Assembly: GCA_013203315.1 (NCBI GenBank)
Contig: JABMQJ010000018.1
Span: 1 to 64,000, forward strand
Direction of reading: 5' to 3'
DNA: 64,000 nt
DNA from: Candidatus Omnitrophota bacterium
GTDB lineage: Bacteria > Omnitrophota > Gorgyraeia > JABMRN01 > RBG-13-46-9
In this document: positions 18,021 through 27,310 of the stretch, in pieces
Layout: each line of letters begins with the position of its first letter
Numbering within the stretch: position 1 is the first letter of the stretch
Position numbers and translations under genes: made by a program
Notes under the pieces: generated by a model
Database searches by the model: none
Told to the model about the DNA's origin: nothing
What the model saw: the letters and a program-made list of their open reading frames with translations, nothing else

Positions 18021-20022
18021 AATACTCATCGTTGATATACTTAACATCTATAGCTTATTTTCCGCTGTTACGAGATACAGGGACATTCGTTTAATCCATT
18101 ATCTACGTAAAGGCAGATTTGTGAATACAGCGGTTAAACTGCTTACGAAACTGGGCTGGTCATTTGAGTTAATACAGTATTCATTGGATTCTTTTGGCGG
18201 CAAATACCCTTTCAAAGAGCTTAATACGGCTATGCTTGATACGATAACAACATATGGAAAAAAAGTTTTTTCAGGCGAATTAAAAAAATTGAATATATCA
18301 GAATATGAACACAAGCGTTTATTAACTTGCTTTAGTAGTCATATGGGAATGGAGATATACTTCGAGATGCAGCTATTCATTTTGCTTTCAGTCAACAATC
18401 TTTTTGAAAACAAGAACATAAAAGCTATCTTGTTGAGAAAGTCGTTATTTTCTGATGTTTTAAAGGAAATATATGAAAGAAGAAAATTCAGCACATATTT
18501 TTATAGGTCTTTTGATAAGCTATTTATACCACGTGAATTGTATTCTTGGGATAAAGCAATTTTGAGAGCGCGCAAGAAAAATTATCGCAAAATTATTAAA
18601 ATAATTTTATTTTCTTGCTGTTCACTTGTGTTTAAAACGGCCTTACTATTTCTAAAGTCTACCCGTAATATGAAAAAGCATAAGATATGCGTATTATTGA
18701 GTAACAGCTTTGGTACTGTCTTGTCCAATGGCTTGCCATGGGGCGTCGAAGAACCAAGCTATTTAAGAGATGAGACCATCGCATTTTATCGTGAAACAAT
18801 GCCAAAAGAGGCTATGGATTTTTATAAGAAGCGTTCAGACAAATTTGTAAAATATAGCTTAAATCCGATAAACTGCGGTAGAAATGTCGAAATTGTAAAG
18901 CCGTGGTCTGATTTTGCTGGTTTTCTAATAAAAAATATATCGCGTTACCTACCTTTATTCAACTTGCACAAAATAAATCGTTGGCTTTTTGGGTATATTT
19001 TCGATGTTATCGTAGATTTAAGTTTTTTTGAACCTCTATTTCTGTTTAACGGAACAAAGATATTATGGTTTATAGATTCGGATAATACCCACATGCAGGT
19101 TGCTGCTATAGCAATTAACAGGGTTGGCGGTATTAGTCTTGGTACGTCGGGATCCCTTGCACTCTTACCTGAGTGGAGCATTCACCACAACAAAAATGAT
19201 ATTTTCTTTGTTTGGGGCAAACGATTCCTCAATATAAGTATAAACACCAAAGACCAAAGCGATTCTTTTGTGATGACCGGGCATTTTGCGGACAAGGCCT
19301 TTTTAGATGAGATCAAAAAGGCAGAGGAGTTCCGTTCCTCGCTTACAAAAAAATACCGAATAAAGAATGTAGTTACTTTTTTTGACACCGGCTCTGGTTG
19401 GGATCAGTTTATTACTCCTAGGCGAGTTTTTGAGATATATGAGCAGTTTTTTGCATGGTTGAATGAGGATAACAGCAATTTTCTTGTAATTAAAGCAAAA
19501 GGCCAAAAGACAATAAACAAATATCCTGAATTAAAAAAAGAGATAGACAAATTTTGTACAACTGGACATGCCCTCATTTCTTATGAAAGATCCGCTGTAT
19601 ACCCTGGGCTGGCAGCCGACGTTGCTTTAAGCGCATCTCCGACATTATCATCCATAACCGCTATGTTGGGTAGGCCTGTCATATTTTATGATATTCAGGG
19701 CACATACGATGAATACTCCTTTGCGCTTCCGACTGTTAGTGTCATTGACGATGTGTGCAAGATGCGCGAAGCGATAAATATTGCGATAAGAAAAAAACAA
19801 AATCTTGGGTATCAATACAAGCTAGGGCCGATAAAAGATTCGGCCGTTGATCAATTTGCAGATGGGAAATCTATAGTCAGAATGCGTGCGTATATAGAAA
19901 ATCTATTAGAGGCTTTTGACCAGAAACATTCTAATTCCGCCGCCATAAGATTTGCAAATGATGAGCATAAAAAACAGTGGGGTGAGGGTACTGTAACCAG
20001 AGGTCCTTTGCCGGTTAAGTAG
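18010..20022 (+). CDS. surface polysaccharide biosynthesis protein, putative GT-B-fold transferase
   Basis: About 670 aa; DIFFVWG, V.TGH, TFFD, LVIKAK, AMLGRPVIFYD and DQFADG resemble C-terminal Rossmann motifs of capsule/nonulosonate transferase-like proteins. ATG at 18010. Confidence 0.55.
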   Translation: MKNEILIVDILNIYSLFSAVTRYRDIRLIHYLRKGRFVNTAVKLLTKLGWSFELIQYSLDSFGGKYPFKELNTAMLDTITTYGKKVFSGELKKLNISEYEHKRLLTCFSSHMGMEIYFEMQLFILLSVNNLFENKNIKAILLRKSLFSDVLKEIYERRKFSTYFYRSFDKLFIPRELYSWDKAILRARKKNYRKIIKIILFSCCSLVFKTALLFLKSTRNMKKHKICVLLSNSFGTVLSNGLPWGVEEPSYLRDETIAFYRETMPKEAMDFYKKRSDKFVKYSLNPINCGRNVEIVKPWSDFAGFLIKNISRYLPLFNLHKINRWLFGYIFDVIVDLSFFEPLFLFNGTKILWFIDSDNTHMQVAAIAINRVGGISLGTSGSLALLPEWSIHHNKNDIFFVWGKRFLNISINTKDQSDSFVMTGHFADKAFLDEIKKAEEFRSSLTKKYRIKNVVTFFDTGSGWDQFITPRRVFEIYEQFFAWLNEDNSNFLVIKAKGQKTINKYPELKKEIDKFCTTGHALISYERSAVYPGLAADVALSASPTLSSITAMLGRPVIFYDIQGTYDEYSFALPTVSVIDDVCKMREAINIAIRKKQNLGYQYKLGPIKDSAVDQFADGKSIVRMRAYIENLLEAFDQKHSNSAAIRFANDEHKKQWGEGTVTRGPLPVK

Positions 20023-20033
20023 AAGAGGTATAT

Positions 20034-21236
20034 ATGAATTTTACTCGAAAAAAGCTAAATATGGTTGTTGTAGGTGCAGGCATGTATGCTTGCGGAAGAG
20101 GAACGAAAGAATATGGGACAATTATTCCAGCTATCCTTGAATGGAAGAAGAAGGGTAGCCTTGGTGAAGTCTATGTTGTCGGCACAAGTTCGAAAAATAT
20201 ACGGATATCTAAAAATAAAATAAAAAAGCTTGAAAAATACACGGGTATAAAAGCTCCTTTGACATATTTTCCACAAAATCGAACGAATGATTTGCAATGT
20301 TACAAAAAAGCGATACGCATGGTTCCCAAGCCTGCAGTCTGCATTATAGCCGTTCCGGATAATCTTCATAGTCGTATCGCAAGCGAAGCAATTAAAGCAG
20401 GTGTGCATACGTTTGTCGTAAAACCGCTCGCGCCGACAGTAAAAGAAGTTTTGAAGCTAGTTAGCGCTGGCAAGAGAAAAGGTGTTTATTGCGCCGTAGA
20501 TTTTCATAAGCGCTTTGACCGCGCTAATATAAAATTAAAAGATACAATCTTGCAGAACGTAATAGGCGATCCTTTGTATTTTCTCGCTGAATATAGCCAG
20601 CGAAAGAGCATACCGCATAAAAGATTTAGAAAATGGGTTAAAAATACGAATATATTCCAATATCTCGGAATCCACTATCTTGATATCATATATTTTGTTA
20701 CGGGCGCTACCCCTAAAAGGGCGATGGCAACCGGGCAAAAAGGATGGCTTTTTTCGAAGGGAATAAATACCTACGATTCAATTGAGGCCCACATAGAATG
20801 GGAGACCTCATCCGGTAAAAAATTCACTTCGCATATATTAACAAATTGGATTGACCCTGAGTCGACATCCGCAATGTCAGACCAGAAAATTAAAGTAATA
20901 GGTACTAAAGGAAGATTTGAGTCAGATCAGAAAAGAAGGGGCATAACGATTGTTACAGATGAAAAAGGCATAGAGGAACCTAATCCATATTTTTGTTCTG
21001 CTTACGGCAAAGACGGAGCAGCTTCTTACCGTGGTTATGGAATAGAGAGCATTCACCAGTTCTTAGAAGATGTAATGCAAATTACCGAATACAGGCTAAG
21101 CATAGAAGAGCTGGAAGATAAAAGACCTACTTTTAAACAATCTCTAGTACTAACGGCCACTCTGGAAGCTGTAAACAAAAGCCTTAAGAACAATAATCAA
21201 TGGGTAAGGGTTGGGAGCGTGAAGCAATATGACTAA
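20034..21236 (+). CDS. Gfo/Idh/MocA-family oxidoreductase
   Basis: VVGAG, IAVPD.LH, VKPLA, VDFHKRFD, YLGIHYLD. Confidence 0.88.
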   Translation: MNFTRKKLNMVVVGAGMYACGRGTKEYGTIIPAILEWKKKGSLGEVYVVGTSSKNIRISKNKIKKLEKYTGIKAPLTYFPQNRTNDLQCYKKAIRMVPKPAVCIIAVPDNLHSRIASEAIKAGVHTFVVKPLAPTVKEVLKLVSAGKRKGVYCAVDFHKRFDRANIKLKDTILQNVIGDPLYFLAEYSQRKSIPHKRFRKWVKNTNIFQYLGIHYLDIIYFVTGATPKRAMATGQKGWLFSKGINTYDSIEAHIEWETSSGKKFTSHILTNWIDPESTSAMSDQKIKVIGTKGRFESDQKRRGITIVTDEKGIEEPNPYFCSAYGKDGAASYRGYGIESIHQFLEDVMQITEYRLSIEELEDKRPTFKQSLVLTATLEAVNKSLKNNNQWVRVGSVKQYD

Positions 21237-22296
21237 GATTCGAATTCCTGTTAATAAACTTAAAAGTTTTGCTAAAGAAGTTTTGTTGAAAGCGGGTACA
21301 CGCAAAGATGTGGCGGAATATGTTGCCGAAGGTCTTGCACAAACTTCTTTAAGAGGCGTTGATTCACATGGCATAAGACTTTTTCCTCACTATCTTGAAG
21401 GTGTCAAAAAAGGGCGAATTAACCCAAAACCAAAATACAAATTTAAAAAAACATCTGCAACTACGGGACTATTTGATGCCGATCATACGTTTGGTCATGC
21501 CGCAGGCATGGAAGCCGCCAAAAAAGCAGTTAAACTTGCTAGTGAAGCAGGCACCGGCCATATCGCTATTTATAACTCAAGTCACTTTGGAGCGGCGGCG
21601 TACTATGCGTTAGAAATAGCGAAACACGATATGATAGGGATGAGTTTTACAAACACAGACGCCCTTGTTAAAACATACGCAGGCAAAAGATCCTTTTTAG
21701 GTAATAACCCTATATGTTTTGCTGCCCCGTGCAAGGATGAAGAGCCGTTTTGTCTTGATATGGCTACGAGCATAGTAACCTTTAATAAGATAAAACAGCT
21801 ATGTGCAGAAGGTAAAGAAGCTCCACCGGGAGTTGGCACAGATAAAGAAGGGATGGAAACCACCAAGTCATTCGATATAAGTATGCTTTTACCCATGGGT
21901 ACCTATAAAGGCTACGGTCTTAGTATGGTTATAGAAATTTTATGTAGTTTACTGACAGGCGCACCTTACGGACCGCATATTCCAAAGATGTTTGAGCGGC
22001 CTATGAATGAAAAACGTTACCTAGGGCATTTCATAATAGCTATAAATATTGGTTGTTTCCAAAAAATAAATGTTTTTAAAGAACGCTTATCTTGTATGAT
22101 GAATGAGCTCAGAAGTGAACCGAGATTGAATGCGGAAATACCTATTCAAATAGCGGGTGATCCCGAGAAAAATGCTGCTAGAAAAAGAACGATCGAAGGC
22201 ATTCCGGTAGATCAAGAAGAGTATGAAAGGTTCAAAAAAATCGCCAATGAATATAAAATTGTTATTGATTTCGATAAAAAAGGAGACCGACATTGA
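21229..22296 (+). CDS. Ldh_2-family (ComC/AllD/YiaK-like) NAD(P)-dependent 2-hydroxyacid dehydrogenase
   Basis: RGVDSHG, DAD..FGH, NSSHFG, GNNPI, LDMATS, YKGYGL, GH.I.AIN, I.GDPE. Confidence 0.9.
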   Translation: MTKIRIPVNKLKSFAKEVLLKAGTRKDVAEYVAEGLAQTSLRGVDSHGIRLFPHYLEGVKKGRINPKPKYKFKKTSATTGLFDADHTFGHAAGMEAAKKAVKLASEAGTGHIAIYNSSHFGAAAYYALEIAKHDMIGMSFTNTDALVKTYAGKRSFLGNNPICFAAPCKDEEPFCLDMATSIVTFNKIKQLCAEGKEAPPGVGTDKEGMETTKSFDISMLLPMGTYKGYGLSMVIEILCSLLTGAPYGPHIPKMFERPMNEKRYLGHFIIAINIGCFQKINVFKERLSCMMNELRSEPRLNAEIPIQIAGDPEKNAARKRTIEGIPVDQEEYERFKKIANEYKIVIDFDKKGDRH

Positions 22297-22406
22297 ATCT
22301 ATTGAAAGTGCTGATCAAAAAAATAGCAATGTTTTTTGCTAAATATTTTTCAAACGGGAAAAAAAATGATTCGACTCCACCGGATGATTATTACCCTCTT
22401 TTTTAG
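22293..22406 (+). CDS. small 37-aa protein (MNLLKVLIKKIAMFFAKYFSNGKKNDSTPPDDYYPLF), not in the ORF track
   Basis: TTG start overlaps the previous TGA (TTGA coupling); SD AGGAG at 22281-22285; TAG at 22404-22406; fills the gap up to the SD of the next gene. Confidence 0.6.
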   Translation: MNLLKVLIKKIAMFFAKYFSNGKKNDSTPPDDYYPLF

Positions 22407-22418
22407 AAAGGAAACTTT

Positions 22419-23522
22419 ATGTTTTGGTTAATAATTTTCTTGATTTCAATAATATCTTTAGAAGTTGCATCGTATTTTATATACCGCAGCAATAAAGACA
22501 TAAAGGAAATTTTAAAAGAAATGCTTAAAAGGAGCCAGAAAGGTGACATAAGAACTTTTACGCCCAGATATATAGAGCATCCTTTTCTTGCATTTAGCCT
22601 AAACCCTGAATTCAAAAATTCTTTTGGAGAAAAAATCCATAACAAATATGGTTTCCGAAGCAATGATGATTTTTCCAACATTAAGGAGAAGGATCTTATA
22701 TATTGCGCAGGTGCAAGCTCTACATATTGCAATTTTATCGAAAAAAACGAGGATACTTGGCCTCACATCCTGGAAGGGGAATTACATCAAGAATTAAACC
22801 ACGATGACATAAGAGTTATAAACGGCGGCTGCGGTGCTTGGACGAGCTATCAGAGTTTAATAAGGTTTTCTGCCTGGGTAGATGTTATGAAGCCAAAACT
22901 CGTTATTATATATCATGGGAAAAATGATTTTTCACCAATATTAAACGCTAAACCATCGGTGTCAGAAATCTATCCCGATTACGGAAACGTTATGCGTTCA
23001 CTACGATTTGATAGTGTTGCGAGATATCTTCCTCGGCTTGCAAAATATACATATACGGGCAAGGTTTTGTATGGGCGTTACATAAATTCAAAGTACAGCA
23101 ACGTATTATGGCACGTATATAATTTAAACAAATTGCTGACGCGAGAAACAGCCTTAAAGAATACACAGAGAATAGGCTCGAGAGAAAAAGATATTATATT
23201 TTCAAGGTTTAAATCGTTTGCATCCCTGTGTAGCTATAGGGCAATTCCTATTCTTTTTGTTGCCCAGAAAGTAATAAGCGACATCTTCGAGCCTTACATA
23301 AAGGAGCTGAATGAGCGAATAGCGACACTGGAGGACCGTGCCAATGGGTGTTTCGTGTATGATTTCGCTAAAGACGTTGTTGACAAAAAAAATCTGCTTT
23401 CTGACCACATACACTTTTCAGAAAATGGCACAAAAATTTTCAGTAAACTTTTAAAGAATTATATAGTACGCAATATCACTCCTTTTAAAGAAGGAAAAGA
23501 GAAAGTCCATGTCAGTAAATAG
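22419..23522 (+). CDS. membrane-anchored SGNH/GDSL-family hydrolase or acyltransferase
   Basis: N-terminal TM helix, N.YGFR, block I CAGASST, INGG, GKND, C-terminal DHIH (DxxH). Confidence 0.78.
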   Translation: MFWLIIFLISIISLEVASYFIYRSNKDIKEILKEMLKRSQKGDIRTFTPRYIEHPFLAFSLNPEFKNSFGEKIHNKYGFRSNDDFSNIKEKDLIYCAGASSTYCNFIEKNEDTWPHILEGELHQELNHDDIRVINGGCGAWTSYQSLIRFSAWVDVMKPKLVIIYHGKNDFSPILNAKPSVSEIYPDYGNVMRSLRFDSVARYLPRLAKYTYTGKVLYGRYINSKYSNVLWHVYNLNKLLTRETALKNTQRIGSREKDIIFSRFKSFASLCSYRAIPILFVAQKVISDIFEPYIKELNERIATLEDRANGCFVYDFAKDVVDKKNLLSDHIHFSENGTKIFSKLLKNYIVRNITPFKEGKEKVHVSK

Positions 23523-25179
23523 TAGTATCACAGATTTGGCTATTATTATTCCACCAGCAGGGCCAAAAAATTCAAATTATCCGCCTTACGGAGCCTTGTA
23601 TATAGCCGGTGCACTAAAAGAGGCTGGGTACCAGACAGAAATAGTAAACGTTGACACGGAGCGGTATACAAATCAAGAGGTAGTTGAAAAAATAAGAAAA
23701 TTAAACCCTACATATATAGGATTCAGTGGGATAGTGGCGCCATCCTACAAGTACATTAAAGATATAAGTTTTGATTTTAGGAAAGCGTTTGCGAACAAAG
23801 TGCAGATTTTAGGCGGAGGGTTAGCCAGTGCTGCCGAAGCCGTGCTGAAAAACACATCCATAAATATCATCGTCAGAGGCGAAGGAGATAGAACAATTGT
23901 AGAATTAATGGACTGCTTGAAAAAAGGCGGCGATCTGAAAAATGTGCCCGGAATTTGCTATAAAGAAGGAAGCAAGATTGCATATTCTGTCGATAGACGC
24001 TTAATTATGAACCTAGATAGCCTCCCGTATCCCGCATTTGATTTGATAGACATGGATAAATATCTTCCTAACGGAGCTGAATTTATCCAAGGTTTTACAA
24101 GAGGGATAGATGATAAAAGGATCTACCGCTTAAAAAAAAGTGGAAAAAGAAAGATGATTTCTTTTATGACAAGTCGAGGATGCTTTGGCAGGTGTGCTTT
24201 TTGTTTTAGAGCCTATCCCGGCCTAAGAATGTATTCGATAGACTACATTTTTAATTTTATAGACTACTGTATAGAAAAATTTAATGTAGGCTTTATTACT
24301 TTTGCGGATGAATGTTTTGCACCGAATAAGAAAAGGAATTGGGAATTTATAGAAGAGTTTAAAAAAAGAAAACCAGATATTGTTTTTAGAATATTAGGAA
24401 TGCGGGTGGATACTGTAGATAAAGAAATTCTAAAAGCTTATAAAGAAATCGGATGCTGGATGATAGAATACGGCTTCGAATCAGGCAGCCAAAAAATGCT
24501 TAATATAATAAGTAAAGATGTAACAGTAGAAGACAACAGGTGTGCGGCATTGTGGTCAAAAGAAGCAGGAATATTTACCATGCCGACCGCAGTTTTAGGC
24601 ATGCCCGGCGAAACAAACGAAACCATACAGGAAACCATAAATTTTCTAAAATCGCTCTCGTTAGATTTCAAGCAATTTCAGTGGTCATATGCCCTTCCTA
24701 TACCCGGATCACAACTTTATGACTTTGCAAAGCTAACAGGTGCCATAGATGACGATGATAAATATCTTTCGTCTTTGGTAGGGCCTGTTGGGCATGCGGG
24801 TATTTTTCACATCAATCTTACAGATCAACCGGACGAAGAGGTTGCAAACTGGGCTAGGAAAATAAGCCGAGAGCTGGATAATGATTTTTTTAATCGAAAG
24901 CTTAAGTATAAACATAAATTTATAAAAGAATTGATGCGTCTTATTGCCTTGATAGAGCTTCACCATAGAAAGAAAACCTTGTTTTCTGTGCTAAGGCTAC
25001 GGGTTAAAAACTTTTTTAAAAGACACAAAGTCGGAAAAAACCAAAAAGCAGGGATTTGCTTCAGGAAAAAAATAACAATAGACGTAGAACGATTTATTAA
25101 TAAAAATTCATATTTTAATGTAGACAATGAAGTCTCGCTCAAGCGTATTAATAAAAAGCTAAACGAGATAGTAACATAG
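23509..25179 (+). CDS. cobalamin-binding radical SAM protein
   Basis: PPYGALYIA, ILGGG, GEGD, TSRGCFGRCAFC, GFESGSQKML, PIPGS.LY. Confidence 0.9.
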   Translation: MSVNSSITDLAIIIPPAGPKNSNYPPYGALYIAGALKEAGYQTEIVNVDTERYTNQEVVEKIRKLNPTYIGFSGIVAPSYKYIKDISFDFRKAFANKVQILGGGLASAAEAVLKNTSINIIVRGEGDRTIVELMDCLKKGGDLKNVPGICYKEGSKIAYSVDRRLIMNLDSLPYPAFDLIDMDKYLPNGAEFIQGFTRGIDDKRIYRLKKSGKRKMISFMTSRGCFGRCAFCFRAYPGLRMYSIDYIFNFIDYCIEKFNVGFITFADECFAPNKKRNWEFIEEFKKRKPDIVFRILGMRVDTVDKEILKAYKEIGCWMIEYGFESGSQKMLNIISKDVTVEDNRCAALWSKEAGIFTMPTAVLGMPGETNETIQETINFLKSLSLDFKQFQWSYALPIPGSQLYDFAKLTGAIDDDDKYLSSLVGPVGHAGIFHINLTDQPDEEVANWARKISRELDNDFFNRKLKYKHKFIKELMRLIALIELHHRKKTLFSVLRLRVKNFFKRHKVGKNQKAGICFRKKITIDVERFINKNSYFNVDNEVSLKRINKKLNEIVT

Positions 25180-25181
25180 TT

Positions 25182-25925
25182 ATGAAAAAAATACTTTCCG
25201 GAAAACAGAAAATACTAGCCATGATACCTGCAAGAATGGGCAGTACAAGGCTTTCCATGAAAAATCTTGCACTTATCAATAAAAAACCTCTTATTTATTA
25301 TGCTGTTGGAGCCGCCAAAGCGTCAAAGATATTTGATGACATAATTATCAATTCCGAGGATGGTATATTCAAAAAAATAGCAGCGCGCTATAAAGTAAAA
25401 TTTTATAAAAGGCCTATTAAATTAGGCGGTTCCTCTGTTAAATCCGATATGGTTGTATATGATTTTATCAAGAAAAACCCCTGTGATATCGTCGTATGGG
25501 TTAATACTATAGCACCGCTTCAAGTCGGGGAGGAAATTAAAAATATAGTAAAATATTTTGTTAATAAAAAACTCGATTCACTCATAACGGTTAAAGACGA
25601 ACGAGTTCACTGTATATATAAAGGCAAGCCCGTTAATTTCAAGAAAGAAGCCACTTTTGCTAAAACGCAGGATCTTTTGCCGGTTCAACCCTTTGTATAT
25701 TCGGTTATGATGTGGCGAACGGATGTCTTTATGAGCACCTTCAAGAAAAAAGGGCACGCGCTTTTCTGCGGCAAGACAGCTTTTTATCCGGTAAGCAAGC
25801 TATCAACATTTATAATCAAGAGAAAAGAAGACCTTGCATTGGCAGATTTTATTATGCGTGCGATGAAAAAAAGATACAGGGTGTGCTATGACAAAGTTCT
25901 CAAAAATAGGAGAACAGGGAATTGA
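25182..25925 (+). CDS. acylneuraminate cytidylyltransferase family protein
   Basis: IPARMGSTRL.MKN, KPLI, INSED, KTQDL.P. Confidence 0.8.
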   Translation: MKKILSGKQKILAMIPARMGSTRLSMKNLALINKKPLIYYAVGAAKASKIFDDIIINSEDGIFKKIAARYKVKFYKRPIKLGGSSVKSDMVVYDFIKKNPCDIVVWVNTIAPLQVGEEIKNIVKYFVNKKLDSLITVKDERVHCIYKGKPVNFKKEATFAKTQDLLPVQPFVYSVMMWRTDVFMSTFKKKGHALFCGKTAFYPVSKLSTFIIKRKEDLALADFIMRAMKKRYRVCYDKVLKNRRTGN

Positions 25926-27307
25926 AAAACTATAATGTCTCAATTATCATAAGAACCAAAAATGAAGAGCGCTGGATATCACAGTGCCTGAACGCTGTTT
26001 TGAGCCAAACCTATAGGGATTTCGAAATCATCATAGTTGATAACGAAAGTCAGGACAAAACAATAGAGAAGGCAAAACAATTTAAGGAACGGCTTAGCGA
26101 TAAAAATAGGCTGAAAGTCATAGAATGCAGTGACTATCTTCCGGGAAAAGCGTTAAACATGGGAATAGAAAAAGCTACCGGGACATTTATTGCATGTCTA
26201 TCTGGGCATTGTATTCCTGCAAACGATAAATGGCTGGAAAGTCTTTTAGAGCCTTTTGGTACAGACCAGCGTGGCGTTATAGCCGGGGTATACGGACGGC
26301 AGCAGCCGATGTCTTTTACGTCTGACTCTGATAAAAGAGATTTGACCCTGGTTTTCGGGATGGACAAGAGGGTCCAGAAAAAGGATAGCTTCTTCCACAA
26401 TGCCAACAGCATGATAAGGCGGGATGTATGGAAAGATGTGCGATTCGATGACAAGGTCACGAATATTGAAGACAGGGTATGGGCAAAAGAGGTACTGGAT
26501 AGAAAAAAGGAGATTGTATATACACCCGATGCCAGCGTATATCATTATCACGGGATACACCAAAATGGAAATAGCGAAAGATGTGCCAACGTAGTTCGAA
26601 TAATGGAAGGCATGCATTCCGATTACAGCAAAAAATACATCGAAATCGAAAAGCTGAACATAGTTGCCCTAATACCCATAAAAGACGAAATCAAATACTT
26701 AAATAAAAAACCTCTTATTGAATACACCGTAAAAAGGGCCTTGGATTCAAAATATGTTAAAAAAGTAGTAGTTTCAACCGATAATGAAAAAATGGCCAGC
26801 CTCGCAAAAAAACTCGGAGCAGAAGCACCCTTTATAAGAGACCCGTATCTTTCAAAAGAAGACGTAAGTATAAGTAATGTGCTAGAATTTTCACTCAAAA
26901 AAATGGAAGAAGAAAAAATATTTCCAGATCTTATTGTATCACTCGAGGCTACCTTTCCGTTCCGGCCAAGCGGTCTGATAGACGGGATGATAATAGAGCT
27001 GGCAAAAAGAGGGTTAGATAGTATAAGGGCCGTCAAAACGGAAAATAAGGCTATTTGGAAAGAAGAACGCGATAGGAATATAAAACAGCTTGATGAGGGA
27101 GTAACACCCCGCAAATTAAAGGACCCAACTTTCATAGAACTCAGGGGAGTGGGGACCGTAACACACCCAGAGTTCTTAAGAAACGGTTCTCTTTTTGGGC
27201 AAAAAAATGGTATTTACGAAGTAAATAACCCCTATTCGCACATTGAGGTAAGAGACGAGGAGGATTTTGAAATGGCTTCGGTTCTCATGAAGGAATGGTT
27301 TAAATAA
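25922..27307 (+). CDS. GT2 glycosyltransferase fused to a degenerate NeuA-like cytidylyltransferase domain
   Basis: N-half: SIIIRTKNEE, IIVDNES.D.T, NANS.IRR, ED..W, V.H.H. C-half: KPLI.Y, VVSTD, GAEAPFIR, T.PFR, but no ARxGSK loop. TTG start coupled to the previous stop. Confidence 0.82.
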   Translation: MKNYNVSIIIRTKNEERWISQCLNAVLSQTYRDFEIIIVDNESQDKTIEKAKQFKERLSDKNRLKVIECSDYLPGKALNMGIEKATGTFIACLSGHCIPANDKWLESLLEPFGTDQRGVIAGVYGRQQPMSFTSDSDKRDLTLVFGMDKRVQKKDSFFHNANSMIRRDVWKDVRFDDKVTNIEDRVWAKEVLDRKKEIVYTPDASVYHYHGIHQNGNSERCANVVRIMEGMHSDYSKKYIEIEKLNIVALIPIKDEIKYLNKKPLIEYTVKRALDSKYVKKVVVSTDNEKMASLAKKLGAEAPFIRDPYLSKEDVSISNVLEFSLKKMEEEKIFPDLIVSLEATFPFRPSGLIDGMIIELAKRGLDSIRAVKTENKAIWKEERDRNIKQLDEGVTPRKLKDPTFIELRGVGTVTHPEFLRNGSLFGQKNGIYEVNNPYSHIEVRDEEDFEMASVLMKEWFK

Positions 27308-27310
27308 AAC

